Assembly: GCA_045597305.1 (NCBI GenBank)
Contig: JAZLJF010000009.1
Location: forward strand, 21,891-53,890
DNA from: Candidatus Nanosyncoccus sp.
Lineage (GTDB): Bacteria > Patescibacteriota > Saccharimonadia > Saccharimonadales > Saccharimonadaceae
DNA length: 32,000 nucleotides
Direction of reading: 5' to 3'
This document shows positions 14,674 through 24,747 of the stretch, one piece after another. The notes beneath the pieces were generated by a model. It saw nothing but the letters and a program-made list of their open reading frames with translations. It made no database searches and was not told the origin of the DNA. A program made the position numbers and the translations under genes. The first letter of the stretch is position 1, and the number at the start of each line of letters is the position of its first letter.

Positions 14674-17600
14674 ATGCCTTGGGATGATAATTTTATCGCT
14701 GCAACCGACTTTGACTCCATTCGTTTAAGTGTTGCTTCGCAAGAAGACATCTTAAACTGGAGTAATGGTGAAGTTACAAAGCCAGAAACAATTAACTACC
14801 GTACTCAGAAACCTGAGCGTGATGGTTTATTCTGCGAAAGAATCTTTGGTCCAGTCAAAGATATTAATCCACATGATAGCAAGTTGAAAGGTGTCCGTTC
14901 TCGTGAGGCAGCTGTAGATAAGGAAGGTAACCTTGTTACGAAGTCAATTTCTCGACGTGAACGTATGGGGCATATTGCTCTAGCTGCACCTGTTGCACAT
15001 ATTTGGTTCATGCGTGGTACACCTTCTGCTGTATCTTTACTTCTTAACCTTACCGTGAAGAACATCGAGAAAGTTGTATACTTCGCATCTTACTTAATTG
15101 TTGACGCAAAAGATGAAGCTATCTCTGAAGAGATGAATAGCCTTGAGGCACAAACTGATGCTGCACGACAGGCAATTCGTATCCGTTACGAAGAGGCTGC
15201 AAAAGCAGAGGGCGCAGATCTAAAGAAGCTTGCAGATGAGCAAGCAAAGGAGACAGAGGATCTAGAAGCTGATTACAATACTAGAAAAGATATCCTTACT
15301 TCTCTTAAGAAGGGCGCCGTCATGTCTGAGGTTGATTATCGAAACCTCGAAGATGATTATGAAGAATACGCAAACTTGATTGACGTAATGATGGGCGCAG
15401 AGGCAATCAAGAAGATGCTTGATGAAATTGATCTTGACACAATGATCTCTGGACTTCGTGAAGAAGCTGATAAGGCAAAGGGTCAAAAAGAGAAGAAGAT
15501 TATGAAGCGTCTTAAACTAATCGAAGGTATGTATTCCGCTGGAATCAAACCTTCCGACCTAGTTCTCTCTGTTATTCCTGTTATTCCTCCAGATCTACGT
15601 CCAATGATTAGCCTTCCTGGCGGCCGTTTCGCTACGTCTGACTTGAATGATTTGTATCGTCGAGTGATCAACAGAAATAACCGTCTAAAGAAATTGATTG
15701 AGCTCAATGCGCCAGAAGTCATTTGCCGTAATGAAAAGCGTATGTTACAAGAGGCGGTTGATGCTTTGATTGATAATGCTGCATCTCATGGCAATAGAAC
15801 TGCAAATTCTCAGAATGGACGTCGAAAACTCAAATCACTTTCAGACCTTCTAAAAGGTAAACAAGGTCGCTTCCGCCAGAATCTTCTCGGCAAGCGTGTT
15901 GATTACTCAGGTCGTTCAGTGATTGTTGTAGGCCCAGAACTAAAGCTTAATGAATGTGGCTTGCCAAAACAAATGGCGCTTGAACTATTTAAGCCTTTTG
16001 TAATTTCATGGCTTATGGCGAATGAACATGCTGCGAATATCCGTGCGGCTACTCGTATGATTGAAGCAGGTGAAAATGTCGTTTGGGACGCACTTGATGA
16101 AGTAATCAAAGGGAAGTATGTACTTCTTAACCGTGCTCCATCGCTCCACCGTCTTTCTATCCAGGCTTTCCAACCAAAATTGATCGATGGTAAAGCAATT
16201 CAGCTTCACCCACTCGTAGCTACCGGCTTCAACGCTGACTACGATGGTGACCAAATGGCCGTACATCTTCCATTGTCAGATGATGCACAAGCAGAGGCTC
16301 GAGAATTGATGTCAGCTACAAAGAACCTTTTGAAGCCTGCTGATGGCGCTCCAGTGTTATCGATTTATCAGGATGTTGTTTTAGGTATTTATTATCTTAC
16401 ATATGATAAGCCAGGTACGGCTACTGATAACGTCAAACCATTTAGCTCAATTTATGAAGCGGAAATGGCTTACGATCAGGGATTAATCCATCTTCAGACA
16501 CCTATTCGTGTATTTGCCAAGAAAGAAATTCGCAATACTACTCTAGGACGAGTGATTTTCAATGAGATCCTACCTGAGGATTATCCATTTGATAATTCTG
16601 TCCAGACTAGTAAACAGCTCAAGAAAGTCATGGCAAATATCTTCGATATGTACGGTGCTGATACAACGGTTAGAATTGCAGACAAACTAAAAAATCTTGC
16701 ATTTGAGTACGAGACAATTGCTTCTGTTTCGACCGCAAAAGATGACTATCCTACATATCCAGAGATTCAAGATTTCATCGCGCAAGGTGATGCAAAGACT
16801 GCTTTGATTCAAGATCAGTTCGACCAAGGACTTTTGACTGAGGAGGAGCGATATAATCTTACTGTTGCAAACTGGCGAGAAATTGACGATAAAATCTCAG
16901 GTTTCCTTAAAGATAAGCTTGCAGACATGGATACGGATATTGCTGTCATGGTCAACTCTGGTGCTCGTGGTAGTGTTTCAAACATCAAGCTTGCATCTGC
17001 CGAAATTGGTATCATGGTCGATATTAATAACAACGAGATTGAGCTTCCTGTTAAATCCAGCTATAAAGAAGGTCTTAATACTCTCGAATCCTTTATCGCG
17101 ACTCGAGGCGCGCGTCAAGGTCAGGTTTCTACTGCTCTTCGTACGGCTGACTCTGGTTATTTAACACGTCGTCTTGTAGATGTTGCTCAGGATGTATTTA
17201 CGGTTGAAGAAGAAGTTGAAGATCCTGGATTCGATGTCCGAAAAGCTGAAGTCCACGATGCTGGTGTACAATTCTCGGCTTGGATTTCTGGTCGTTATAC
17301 AGCTGCTCCTATTCCAGGTTATCTTGAGAAAGATGAACTCATTACACCTGAAATTGCTGCTCAGCTCGAAGATGATGATAAGGTCGAGTCTGTAAAGATT
17401 CAATCTATTCTTACGACAACAGCTGTGAATGGTATTCCACAAAAGGCGTACGGTATTGATATGTCAACACGAAATATCGTTGCAGCGCATCAGCCAGTGG
17501 GTGTTATTGCCGCCCAGTCACTTGGTGAGCCAGGTACTCAGCTTACACTTGATACAAAACACGGTTCTGGTGTGGCTGGTTCTGGTGCAATTGCTCGAGG

Positions 17601-18513
17601 TCTTCCACGTGTTGAAGAGCTCCTCGAAGCACGTTCACCAAAAGGCCAAGCTTGGGTATCCCCGATTGATGGTGTAATTGATATTACAGAGGTGGATAAT
17701 CATTATATTGTCACCGTTACACCTGATTCTGGCGAAACGGAACGTATTGAACTTGATGGCCGAAAAGCAAAGGTTAAAGATGGTGCAAATGTCAAGGCTG
17801 GTGACGTCATCGCCGCTAAGCGTTTAGGTAAAGAACCGATTATTGCAGCATTCGATGGCAATGTCCAACTTGTCGATGATGCAATTATCCTTGTGGCTAA
17901 TGCAGGATCACCTGTAAAGATCGAAATTCCTGGCGATGCTGAGCTCGTAGTAAAGAAGAAAGACAATGTTGCAAAGGGTGATAGAATCACTACAGGTTCT
18001 CTAAATCTTCAGGATCTTTTGAAGAATAAGGGTAAAGAAGAGACAGAACGCTATATCATGAATGACGTTCTTGCAGTTTATGCTGCACAGGGACACGAGA
18101 TTTCTGCAAAACACCTTGAAATTATTGTCCGCCAGATGTTCTCAAGAGTAATGATTGATGAATCTGGTGATTCAAACTTCGTTGTAGGTGATATTGTATC
18201 TCAGGCTGCAGTCGAAAATGAAAACAAAGAGTTAATCGCAGAAGGAAAAGAGCCAGCTCAATATACACAGCTTCTTCTTGGTATTACAAAGGTGTCGATT
18301 TGGTCAGACTCATTCTTGTCTGCGGCATCATTCCAGGATACAACACGTGTACTTATCAACTCTGCTACATCAGGTAGAATTGATCATCTTCGTGGTCTAA
18401 AGGAGAATGTGATTATTGGTCGTAAAATTCCTGTCGGAACAGGAGCAATGCCTCTAATAGCATCTGATTCAGACGAAGAAACACCTTCCGATGAGGAATT
18501 TGATGAAGCCTAG
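14674..18513 (+). CDS. rpoC: DNA-directed RNA polymerase beta' subunit
   Basis: ATG 14674 (MPWDDNFIA...) lies 1 nt after the rpoB stop and follows GGAGAGGAG. The tracked 14599 start lies inside rpoB. The catalytic NADYDGDQMAVH motif is present. The C-terminal tail is acidic. Confidence 0.98.
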   Translation: MPWDDNFIAATDFDSIRLSVASQEDILNWSNGEVTKPETINYRTQKPERDGLFCERIFGPVKDINPHDSKLKGVRSREAAVDKEGNLVTKSISRRERMGHIALAAPVAHIWFMRGTPSAVSLLLNLTVKNIEKVVYFASYLIVDAKDEAISEEMNSLEAQTDAARQAIRIRYEEAAKAEGADLKKLADEQAKETEDLEADYNTRKDILTSLKKGAVMSEVDYRNLEDDYEEYANLIDVMMGAEAIKKMLDEIDLDTMISGLREEADKAKGQKEKKIMKRLKLIEGMYSAGIKPSDLVLSVIPVIPPDLRPMISLPGGRFATSDLNDLYRRVINRNNRLKKLIELNAPEVICRNEKRMLQEAVDALIDNAASHGNRTANSQNGRRKLKSLSDLLKGKQGRFRQNLLGKRVDYSGRSVIVVGPELKLNECGLPKQMALELFKPFVISWLMANEHAANIRAATRMIEAGENVVWDALDEVIKGKYVLLNRAPSLHRLSIQAFQPKLIDGKAIQLHPLVATGFNADYDGDQMAVHLPLSDDAQAEARELMSATKNLLKPADGAPVLSIYQDVVLGIYYLTYDKPGTATDNVKPFSSIYEAEMAYDQGLIHLQTPIRVFAKKEIRNTTLGRVIFNEILPEDYPFDNSVQTSKQLKKVMANIFDMYGADTTVRIADKLKNLAFEYETIASVSTAKDDYPTYPEIQDFIAQGDAKTALIQDQFDQGLLTEEERYNLTVANWREIDDKISGFLKDKLADMDTDIAVMVNSGARGSVSNIKLASAEIGIMVDINNNEIELPVKSSYKEGLNTLESFIATRGARQGQVSTALRTADSGYLTRRLVDVAQDVFTVEEEVEDPGFDVRKAEVHDAGVQFSAWISGRYTAAPIPGYLEKDELITPEIAAQLEDDDKVESVKIQSILTTTAVNGIPQKAYGIDMSTRNIVAAHQPVGVIAAQSLGEPGTQLTLDTKHGSGVAGSGAIARGLPRVEELLEARSPKGQAWVSPIDGVIDITEVDNHYIVTVTPDSGETERIELDGRKAKVKDGANVKAGDVIAAKRLGKEPIIAAFDGNVQLVDDAIILVANAGSPVKIEIPGDAELVVKKKDNVAKGDRITTGSLNLQDLLKNKGKEETERYIMNDVLAVYAAQGHEISAKHLEIIVRQMFSRVMIDESGDSNFVVGDIVSQAAVENENKELIAEGKEPAQYTQLLLGITKVSIWSDSFLSAASFQDTTRVLINSATSGRIDHLRGLKENVIIGRKIPVGTGAMPLIASDSDEETPSDEEFDEA

Positions 18514-18540
18514 TCGTTAAATCCAAACAAGCATGATAAA

Positions 18541-18571
18541 ATGGCCCACTTTACCAGTGGGTCATTTTTTT
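18541..18571 (+). terminator. intrinsic terminator after rpoC
   Basis: 10-bp stem ATGGCCCACT/AGTGGGTCAT with loop TTACC, followed by T7. Confidence 0.85.
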
Positions 18572-18590
18572 GTATTTATGATAGAAAATC

Positions 18591-18619
18591 TTGCGCAAAT
18601 TTTTCTTTTATGATAAAAT
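18591..18619 (+). promoter_or_regulatory. promoter of the rplC-led r-protein operon
   Basis: TTGCGC (18591-18596), 17 nt, extended -10 TGATAAAAT (18611-18619). Confidence 0.6.
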
Positions 18620-18745
18620 AATATCGTATATTCTAATAATTAGAGCATACATTGCTAGACGCAAGAGTAAGTCGGAGGTTGCCAGATACCGAAGAAACTG
18701 CTCAAAAGTCTAGTTTCTGTGTTGCTCACAAAGGAAAGGAAAAAG

Positions 18746-19363
18746 ATGCAAGTCATCATCGGCACCAAAATTGGTATGACCCAGATCATCGGTGAGGATG
18801 GGATTGTGACTCCAGTCACTATCATCCAGGCCGGCCCAGCTACTGTGACTCAGATAAAAACCGCAGAAAAAGACGGTTACAATGCAGTACAGCTCGGTTA
18901 TGGTCAGGGTAAGAATCTGAGCAAGTCGGTTTCCGGCCATGCAAAAAAGGCTGGAGAAAATTTCTCTCCAAAAGTTCTTAAGGAGTTTAGGACTGAGGGA
19001 GAGCCAGAAGTAAAGGTCGGAGAGAACCTTACTGTGGACGTATTTAATCTCGGTGATAAAGTCACTGTAACAGGTACTTCCAAAGGTAAAGGCTACGCAG
19101 GTACAGTGAAACGCTGGAACTTTAATGAATCACGAAATACTCATGGTTTTAAGGGCAATATTCGTAGAGTTGGTTCTATCGGTTCCATGTATCCTCAAAA
19201 AGTATTCAAGGGCAAGAAAATGCCAGGTCGAATGGGCCACGATCAAGTGACTGTAAAGAATCTTATCGTCGCTTACGTTGATAAAGAGAACAACATAATT
19301 GGTCTCAAAGGCGCTGTCCCTGGTCCTAAAAAAGGCACCATAACAATAGAGGGAAAGGAGTAA
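18746..19363 (+). CDS. rplC: ribosomal protein uL3
   Basis: MQVIIGTKIGMTQIIGEDGIVTPVTIIQ follows an AAGGAAAGGA SD. The tracked upstream start 18719 is not supported by homology. Confidence 0.95.
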   Translation: MQVIIGTKIGMTQIIGEDGIVTPVTIIQAGPATVTQIKTAEKDGYNAVQLGYGQGKNLSKSVSGHAKKAGENFSPKVLKEFRTEGEPEVKVGENLTVDVFNLGDKVTVTGTSKGKGYAGTVKRWNFNESRNTHGFKGNIRRVGSIGSMYPQKVFKGKKMPGRMGHDQVTVKNLIVAYVDKENNIIGLKGAVPGPKKGTITIEGKE

Positions 19364-19364
19364 T

Positions 19365-19970
19365 ATGGCTAATACGTTGAATAAAGACATTTTCGGTCTC
19401 TCTGTCGAGAATCATGAATTGATTAAATTAGCTTATGATGCTTATCTTGCAAACTCTCGTTCTTCTCACGCAAAGACTTTGAAACGTGGCGAAGTAAGAG
19501 GTGGCGGTAAAAAGCCATGGAAGCAAAAAGGTACTGGACGTGCTCGATTTGGTAGTACACGCAACCCTATTTGGCGTCATGGTGGCGTAGCATTTGGCCG
19601 CACAGGTGAAGAGAATTTCACGAAGAAAATCTCACGCGAAAGCAAGAAGGTTGCAATTCGTCAGGCTCTTTCAATCAAGAATAAAGAAAAAGCAATAATT
19701 CTTGCTGAAAATGAGTTGAAACAGACTGGAAAGACGAAAGACGCAGTTAATTATATTAAAGAGCTCGGTCTCGAAGGCAAAAACATTTTGGCAGTAACAC
19801 ATGAAAAAACGCCAGAACTTATGAAAATGACAAGCAACCTTTCTAATCTTAAATTGGTCAGAGCTACATATCTCAATGTATTTGACATTATGAATGCAGA
19901 TGCTATCGTATTTAGCACTGATGCAGTAAAAGATCTTGAAACATGGTTGATCGGAAAGGAGAATGCATAA
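19365..19970 (+). CDS. rplD: ribosomal protein uL4
   Basis: GGGKKPWKQKGTGRARFGSTRNPIWRHGGVAFG. Confidence 0.96.
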   Translation: MANTLNKDIFGLSVENHELIKLAYDAYLANSRSSHAKTLKRGEVRGGGKKPWKQKGTGRARFGSTRNPIWRHGGVAFGRTGEENFTKKISRESKKVAIRQALSIKNKEKAIILAENELKQTGKTKDAVNYIKELGLEGKNILAVTHEKTPELMKMTSNLSNLKLVRATYLNVFDIMNADAIVFSTDAVKDLETWLIGKENA

Positions 19971-20377
19971 TGGAAATTTTCCCAAGAGCAACCGAAAAAA
20001 CCTATCGCGAGCAGGCAAAGAGAACATATGTTTTCTTAGTACCTGAAGGTACATCTAAACAATCTGTAGTAAAACTCGTAGCAGAACAGTATAAAGTAAC
20101 AGTAACGGATGTCCGTATCTTGACTCGTAAGGGTAAAGCAACAAAATATAGCAAGGGTAAACATGCTTATCCCGGTACTACTTTCCGCCGTGATAAGAGA
20201 TTAGCTTATGTTACCTTAAAAGAAGGTGATTCAATCAAAGTATTTGAAGACCCTGAAGAAGATAAGAAAGAAAACAAGAAAGCTGATAAAAAGGCTGACA
20301 AAAAAGAAGTAAAGGAAACTGAAGCCAAAAAATCCGCAAAGGCCGATAAAAAATCGGAAAAGAAAGGAGATAAATAA
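19970..20377 (+). CDS. rplW: ribosomal protein uL23 with K/A/D-rich repeat tail
   Basis: The TAATG-coupled start gives MEIFPRATEKTYREQAKRTYVFLVP... The C-terminus is KKADKKADKKEVKETEAKKSAKADKKSEKKGDK. Confidence 0.9.
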   Translation: MEIFPRATEKTYREQAKRTYVFLVPEGTSKQSVVKLVAEQYKVTVTDVRILTRKGKATKYSKGKHAYPGTTFRRDKRLAYVTLKEGDSIKVFEDPEEDKKENKKADKKADKKEVKETEAKKSAKADKKSEKKGDK

Positions 20378-21213
20378 TGGCTATTAAAGCTTATCGTCCA
20401 ATGACTCCTGCTCAACGTCAGAAGACTACTCAGGATTTTGATAAGATTACTACACGTAAACCACTCAAATCTTTGACAAAGGCAAAGAAACAGCAGGCTG
20501 GTAAAAATAACCAGGGACGTATCACAGTTCGTCACCGTGGTGGCGGTGTAAAACGTCATTATCGTATTCTTACACATAATCTACCAAAGAACCTCACTCT
20601 TACAGTGATGGAAATTGAATACGATCCAAATCGTTCAGCACGTATTGCACGTGTAAAAGATCAGAATGATAATTATTATTATGTTATCGCTGATCAGAAT
20701 ATGGAAAAAGGTAGCAAGTTCTCCACTGGAGATGAAGTTGCAGTCGAAAATTCCAATAGACTTCCACTTGAGAATATCCCAGTCGGTACATTTGTCTATG
20801 CAATTGAATTGACTCCAGGCCGTGGTGCACAGATGGTTCGTGCGGCTGGAAGCTCAGCGCAATTAATGGCAAAGGAAGATGGTTACGCTACATTGAAAAT
20901 GCCATCTGGTGAATTTCGTAAAGTATTAAGTACATGCCAAGCATCGGTTGGTGCTGTTGGAAACGAACAACACCAAAATATCAAAATTGGTGCTGCAGGC
21001 CGAACGCGTCGTAAAGGTATTCGTCCTACGGTTCGTGGTGTTGTGATGAACGCTACAGATCACCCTCACGGTGGTGGTGACGGTGGACGTCATGGTTCTG
21101 GTAAAGCACCTCGTACACCATGGGGTCAGCTCACACTTGGCTACCGTACTCGTCATAATAAGAAAACTAATAAAATGATCGTGCGTAGTCGACACGAAGG
21201 AAAGAGGAAATAG
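20377..21213 (+). CDS. rplB: ribosomal protein uL2
   Basis: 278 aa. GRITVRHRGGGVKRHYR and MNATDHPHGGGDG. Confidence 0.97.
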   Translation: MAIKAYRPMTPAQRQKTTQDFDKITTRKPLKSLTKAKKQQAGKNNQGRITVRHRGGGVKRHYRILTHNLPKNLTLTVMEIEYDPNRSARIARVKDQNDNYYYVIADQNMEKGSKFSTGDEVAVENSNRLPLENIPVGTFVYAIELTPGRGAQMVRAAGSSAQLMAKEDGYATLKMPSGEFRKVLSTCQASVGAVGNEQHQNIKIGAAGRTRRKGIRPTVRGVVMNATDHPHGGGDGGRHGSGKAPRTPWGQLTLGYRTRHNKKTNKMIVRSRHEGKRK

Positions 21214-21216
21214 GCT

Positions 21217-21510
21217 ATGAGTAGAAGTCTAAAGAAAGGTCCTTTTGTAGATTTTAAGCTTCAGAAAAAAATTGAAGCTCTATCTTCAGATGATCGTACC
21301 GTTATCAAAACATGGGCCCGTCAATCTACCATTTCCCCAGAGATGGTCGGTCGCACAATTGCCGTTCACAACGGTAAGGTCCACGTACCTGTATTCATTA
21401 GCGAAAATATGGTTGGTCACAAACTTGGTGAGTTTGCTCCAACCCGCAAATTCCGCCGTCACGGTGGTAAGAAAGCTGCAGAAGCTGCAGCTGCGAAAGG
21501 AGGCGCATAA
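21217..21510 (+). CDS. rpsS: ribosomal protein uS19
   Basis: [12 protein letters not shown]...[38 protein letters not shown]. Confidence 0.97.
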   Translation: MSRSLKKGPFVDFKLQKKIEALSSDDRTVIKTWARQSTISPEMVGRTIAVHNGKVHVPVFISENMVGHKLGEFAPTRKFRRHGGKKAAEAAAAKGGA

Positions 21511-21890
21511 TGTCGACTCATTTTGCAAAAGCATATATTAAAGGTATTGACAGTATGCCAAGAAAAGCAAGTATTGTTGCTAGCCTAGTCCGTGATCGCT
21601 ATGTCGCTGACGCATTGGTTATTCTTGATAATACTCCTCGTCGTGCTGCACGCGCTGTCAAGAAAGCAATCGAGAGTGCAAATGCAAATCTTTTGAATAG
21701 TGGTATTTCCATTGATCCAAAAACAATTCGCATTTCTCGCATTTCTGTCACAGCTGGTACACGCATGCGCCGTTATGTTCCAGCATCAAGAGGACGCGCA
21801 TTACCTTTCGAGAAAATTTCTTCAAACATCTTTGTCGAAGTTGCTGGAGAAGAAAAAGTAAAAGCTGCTTCTAAGAAGGAGGAAAAGTAA
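21510..21890 (+). CDS. rplV: ribosomal protein uL22
   Basis: Supported by its position in the cluster and by SMPRKASIVASLVRDRYVADALVILDNTPRRAARAVKKAIESA. Confidence 0.93.
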   Translation: MSTHFAKAYIKGIDSMPRKASIVASLVRDRYVADALVILDNTPRRAARAVKKAIESANANLLNSGISIDPKTIRISRISVTAGTRMRRYVPASRGRALPFEKISSNIFVEVAGEEKVKAASKKEEK

Positions 21891-22516
21891 TGGGACAGAA
21901 AGTTAACCCAGGATCATTCCGTCTTCAAATCAGCAAAGATTGGTCTTCAAAATGGTTTACTAAGAAGGCAAATTTCAAAGAATGGCTGGTTGAAGATTCA
22001 AAGATTCGCGAAACAATTGAAAATCGTTTCAAGGCACGTCCAACGATTGCAAAAATTAATATCGAGCGCAGCTCTAATCTTATTACTATTACTATTCACA
22101 CTGCAAAAGCAGGTGCTGTAATCGGAAAACAGGGTGCAGGTATTAATGAGCTAAAGAAAGATCTTGAAAAGTTCACATCTCAGCCTGTACGTCTTAACGT
22201 CGAAGAGATAAAGAAGCCAGAGCTCAATGCTAAGTTGGTCGCTGAGAACATTGGTTTCCAGCTTGGAAAGCGTATGAATTTCCGACGCGCAGTCAAAATG
22301 GCTTGTCAATCTACCATGACTGCTGGTGCTAAGGGTGTCCGCATCGAAGTTGCTGGACGTCTAAATGGTGCTGAAATGTCACGTCGTGAAAAGTTTATTG
22401 AGGGATCTGTTCCTCTACATACGCTTCGTGCAGATATCGACTTTTATTGTCATCATGCACCTACTACAGCTGGTATCGTCGGTGTAAAAGTATGGATTTA
22501 TAAGGGGGAGAAGTAA
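21890..22516 (+). CDS. rpsC: ribosomal protein uS3
   Basis: MGQKVNPGSFRLQISKDWSSKWF, a KH domain, and GRLNGAEMSRRE. Confidence 0.97.
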   Translation: MGQKVNPGSFRLQISKDWSSKWFTKKANFKEWLVEDSKIRETIENRFKARPTIAKINIERSSNLITITIHTAKAGAVIGKQGAGINELKKDLEKFTSQPVRLNVEEIKKPELNAKLVAENIGFQLGKRMNFRRAVKMACQSTMTAGAKGVRIEVAGRLNGAEMSRREKFIEGSVPLHTLRADIDFYCHHAPTTAGIVGVKVWIYKGEK

Positions 22517-22518
22517 TC

Positions 22519-22938
22519 ATGGCTATCTTATTACCTAGAAAAACTGCTCACCGAAAGGTTCGTATCGGAAAAAACGAAGGCAACGCAACCCGTTGTAATT
22601 CTGTTGACTTCGGTGATTATGGCTTGATGTCGTTAGACAATGAACGTGTTAATTCAAAGCAGATTGAGGCAGCACGTCAAGCAATTACACGCTACATTAA
22701 GCGTGGTGGTAAAATTTGGATTCGAATTTTCCCACATACACCTGTCACTAAAAAGCCTCTCGATGTTAAAATGGGTGGTGGTAAAGGTGAACCACAGTTC
22801 TTTGTAGCAAAAGTAAAAGCTGGAACTGTCATGTTTGAGATTGGTGATGTTACAGATGAACAGGCAAAGGAAGCTCTTCGCCTAGCATCTCACAAATTAC
22901 CTGTCCGATGTAAGATTATTAAGAAAGAGGAGTTTTAA
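22519..22938 (+). CDS. rplP: ribosomal protein uL16
   Basis: QIEAARQAITRYIKRGGKIWIRIFPHTPVTKKPLDVKMGGGKG. Confidence 0.97.
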   Translation: MAILLPRKTAHRKVRIGKNEGNATRCNSVDFGDYGLMSLDNERVNSKQIEAARQAITRYIKRGGKIWIRIFPHTPVTKKPLDVKMGGGKGEPQFFVAKVKAGTVMFEIGDVTDEQAKEALRLASHKLPVRCKIIKKEEF

Positions 22939-22940
22939 TT

Positions 22941-23294
22941 ATGGCTAAAACACTTATTGGCCTGGTTTCGTCCGATAAACGTGACAAAACTATCACAGTG
23001 TCTATTGCCAATCGTGAAACTCATCCTCTCTATCGTAAGCAATTTACAAATACGCGTAAATATACTGCACATGATGAGAAAAATGAGGCTCACGTTGGTG
23101 ATAAAGTCGAAATCGTTGCCTGCCGTCCTTTCTCAAAGACCGTCTGCTATAACCTAGTAAAAGTTCTTGAGAAATCTCACGACACAATCACTTTGAAAGA
23201 AGATGTTAATGAAGTTGAAATGCCCGAAAAGGTTGGCGCAGATGAATCAGCCGACAAAATGGAAACTTCTTCAACTGAGGAAACAAAGGAGTAA
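22941..23294 (+). CDS. rpsQ: ribosomal protein uS17 with acidic C-terminal tail
   Basis: [63 protein letters not shown]. It starts 2 nt after the rplP stop, so there is no room for rpmC. Confidence 0.93.
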   Translation: MAKTLIGLVSSDKRDKTITVSIANRETHPLYRKQFTNTRKYTAHDEKNEAHVGDKVEIVACRPFSKTVCYNLVKVLEKSHDTITLKEDVNEVEMPEKVGADESADKMETSSTEETKE

Positions 23295-23296
23295 AT

Positions 23297-23665
23297 ATGA
23301 TCCAACAGGAAACTAGATTAAAAGTTGCTGATAACAGCGGCGCCAAAGAACTTGGTGTAATCCGTGTCCTTGGTGGAACTCGTGCAAGGTATGCGAGAGT
23401 TGGGGACATTGTTACTGCAAGTATTAAGGATGCTTCACCTACAGGTAGCGTGAAGAAAAAAGCAGTCGTCCGTGCAGTTATTGTACGCACGCGTGATCAA
23501 ATTCGTCGTCCAGATGGTTCAACAATTCGATTCGACGATAATGCTGCAGTCCTAATCAATGATGATAAGACACCACGTGGAACACGTGTATTCGGACCTG
23601 TCCCTCGTGAACTTCGTGATAAAGGCTACAGCAAAATTATCAGCTTAGCTCCGGAGGTACTATAA
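23297..23665 (+). CDS. rplN: ribosomal protein uL14
   Basis: [27 protein letters not shown]... Confidence 0.98.
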   Translation: MIQQETRLKVADNSGAKELGVIRVLGGTRARYARVGDIVTASIKDASPTGSVKKKAVVRAVIVRTRDQIRRPDGSTIRFDDNAAVLINDDKTPRGTRVFGPVPRELRDKGYSKIISLAPEVL

Positions 23666-23666
23666 T

Positions 23667-23894
23667 ATGGCACAGAATTTAAAGACTGGCGACACAGTAA
23701 AGATTATCTCTGGTGATAATAAAGGTAAAACCGGCAAAATCGTCAAAATGGACGTAAAGGGTCACAAGGCTTTCATCGAAGGTATTGAAGTCCGTGAGCG
23801 TCATATGAAGAAGACTCAATTTAATCCAGCTGGTGGTAAAAAGACTATTCACGTTGGAATTGATCTCTCTAATCTCAAGAAGGAGGGCAAGTAA
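23667..23894 (+). CDS. rplX: ribosomal protein uL24 (short, 75 aa)
   Basis: KOW motif LKTGDTVKIISGDNKGKTGKIVKM, plus position in the cluster. Confidence 0.92.
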   Translation: MAQNLKTGDTVKIISGDNKGKTGKIVKMDVKGHKAFIEGIEVRERHMKKTQFNPAGGKKTIHVGIDLSNLKKEGK

Positions 23895-24463
23895 TGTCTG
23901 ACTATATTCCAAGATTAAAGGAAAAGTATAACAAAGAGATTGTTAAAACTTTGCAAAAAGAATTAAATCTCGAGAACGTTAACCAAGTACCAAAGCTAGA
24001 GAAAATTATCGTTTCATCTGGTGTTGGCAAAAAGCGTGATGACAAGAAATTTACTGAAACAGTTGATCTTACACTTTCAAAGATTACTGGACAAGCAACA
24101 ACATCGCGTCTTGCAAAGAAATCAATTGCTACCTTCAAAATTCGTAAAGGAATGGGTGCACCAATTGGTTACCTTACAACTCTTCGCGGCGTAAAAATGT
24201 ATGAATTTGCAGATCGTTTAATTAACATTGCATTGCCACATGTACGTGATTTTCACGGTGTATCACTTAAAAGCTTCGATGCTCAAGGCAACTATAGCCT
24301 CGGCCTTAAAGAACAGACAGTTTTCCCTGAAATTACATTCGAAGACGCACAGGTCTTACACGGACTTGAAATTACATTTATTATTAAAAACGGATCTCAA
24401 GAAGGGAGTACCAGATTGTTAGAGCTCTTTGGAATGCCGTTTGAGAAAAAGGAGGATAAGTAA
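23894..24463 (+). CDS. rplE: ribosomal protein uL5
   Basis: 189 aa. [11 protein letters not shown]..., [18 protein letters not shown], and [30 protein letters not shown]. Confidence 0.97.
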   Translation: MSDYIPRLKEKYNKEIVKTLQKELNLENVNQVPKLEKIIVSSGVGKKRDDKKFTETVDLTLSKITGQATTSRLAKKSIATFKIRKGMGAPIGYLTTLRGVKMYEFADRLINIALPHVRDFHGVSLKSFDAQGNYSLGLKEQTVFPEITFEDAQVLHGLEITFIIKNGSQEGSTRLLELFGMPFEKKEDK

Positions 24464-24732
24464 TGGCTAAGAAATCAGCTGTCCTTCGCGACATCAAACG
24501 TCAGAAGATGTACGACAAATATAAAGATAAACGTGCTGCACTAAAAGCGGCTGGTGACCTCGAGGGTCTCCAGAAGCTTCCACGTAACTCTAGTCCAACA
24601 AGACTAAAGAACCGCGATCTATTAGATGGTCGTCCACGTGGATACATGCGCAGATTTGGTCTATCTCGTATTAATTTCCGTGAAAAAGCAAGCAAGGGCG
24701 AAATCCCTGGCGTAACAAAGAGTAGCTGGTAA
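24463..24732 (+). CDS. rpsN: ribosomal protein uS14, long non-zinc (C-) form
   Basis: 89 aa. [51 protein letters not shown]. There is no CxxC motif. Confidence 0.95.
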   Translation: MAKKSAVLRDIKRQKMYDKYKDKRAALKAAGDLEGLQKLPRNSSPTRLKNRDLLDGRPRGYMRRFGLSRINFREKASKGEIPGVTKSSW

Positions 24733-24747
24733 GGAGAAAGGAGAATT

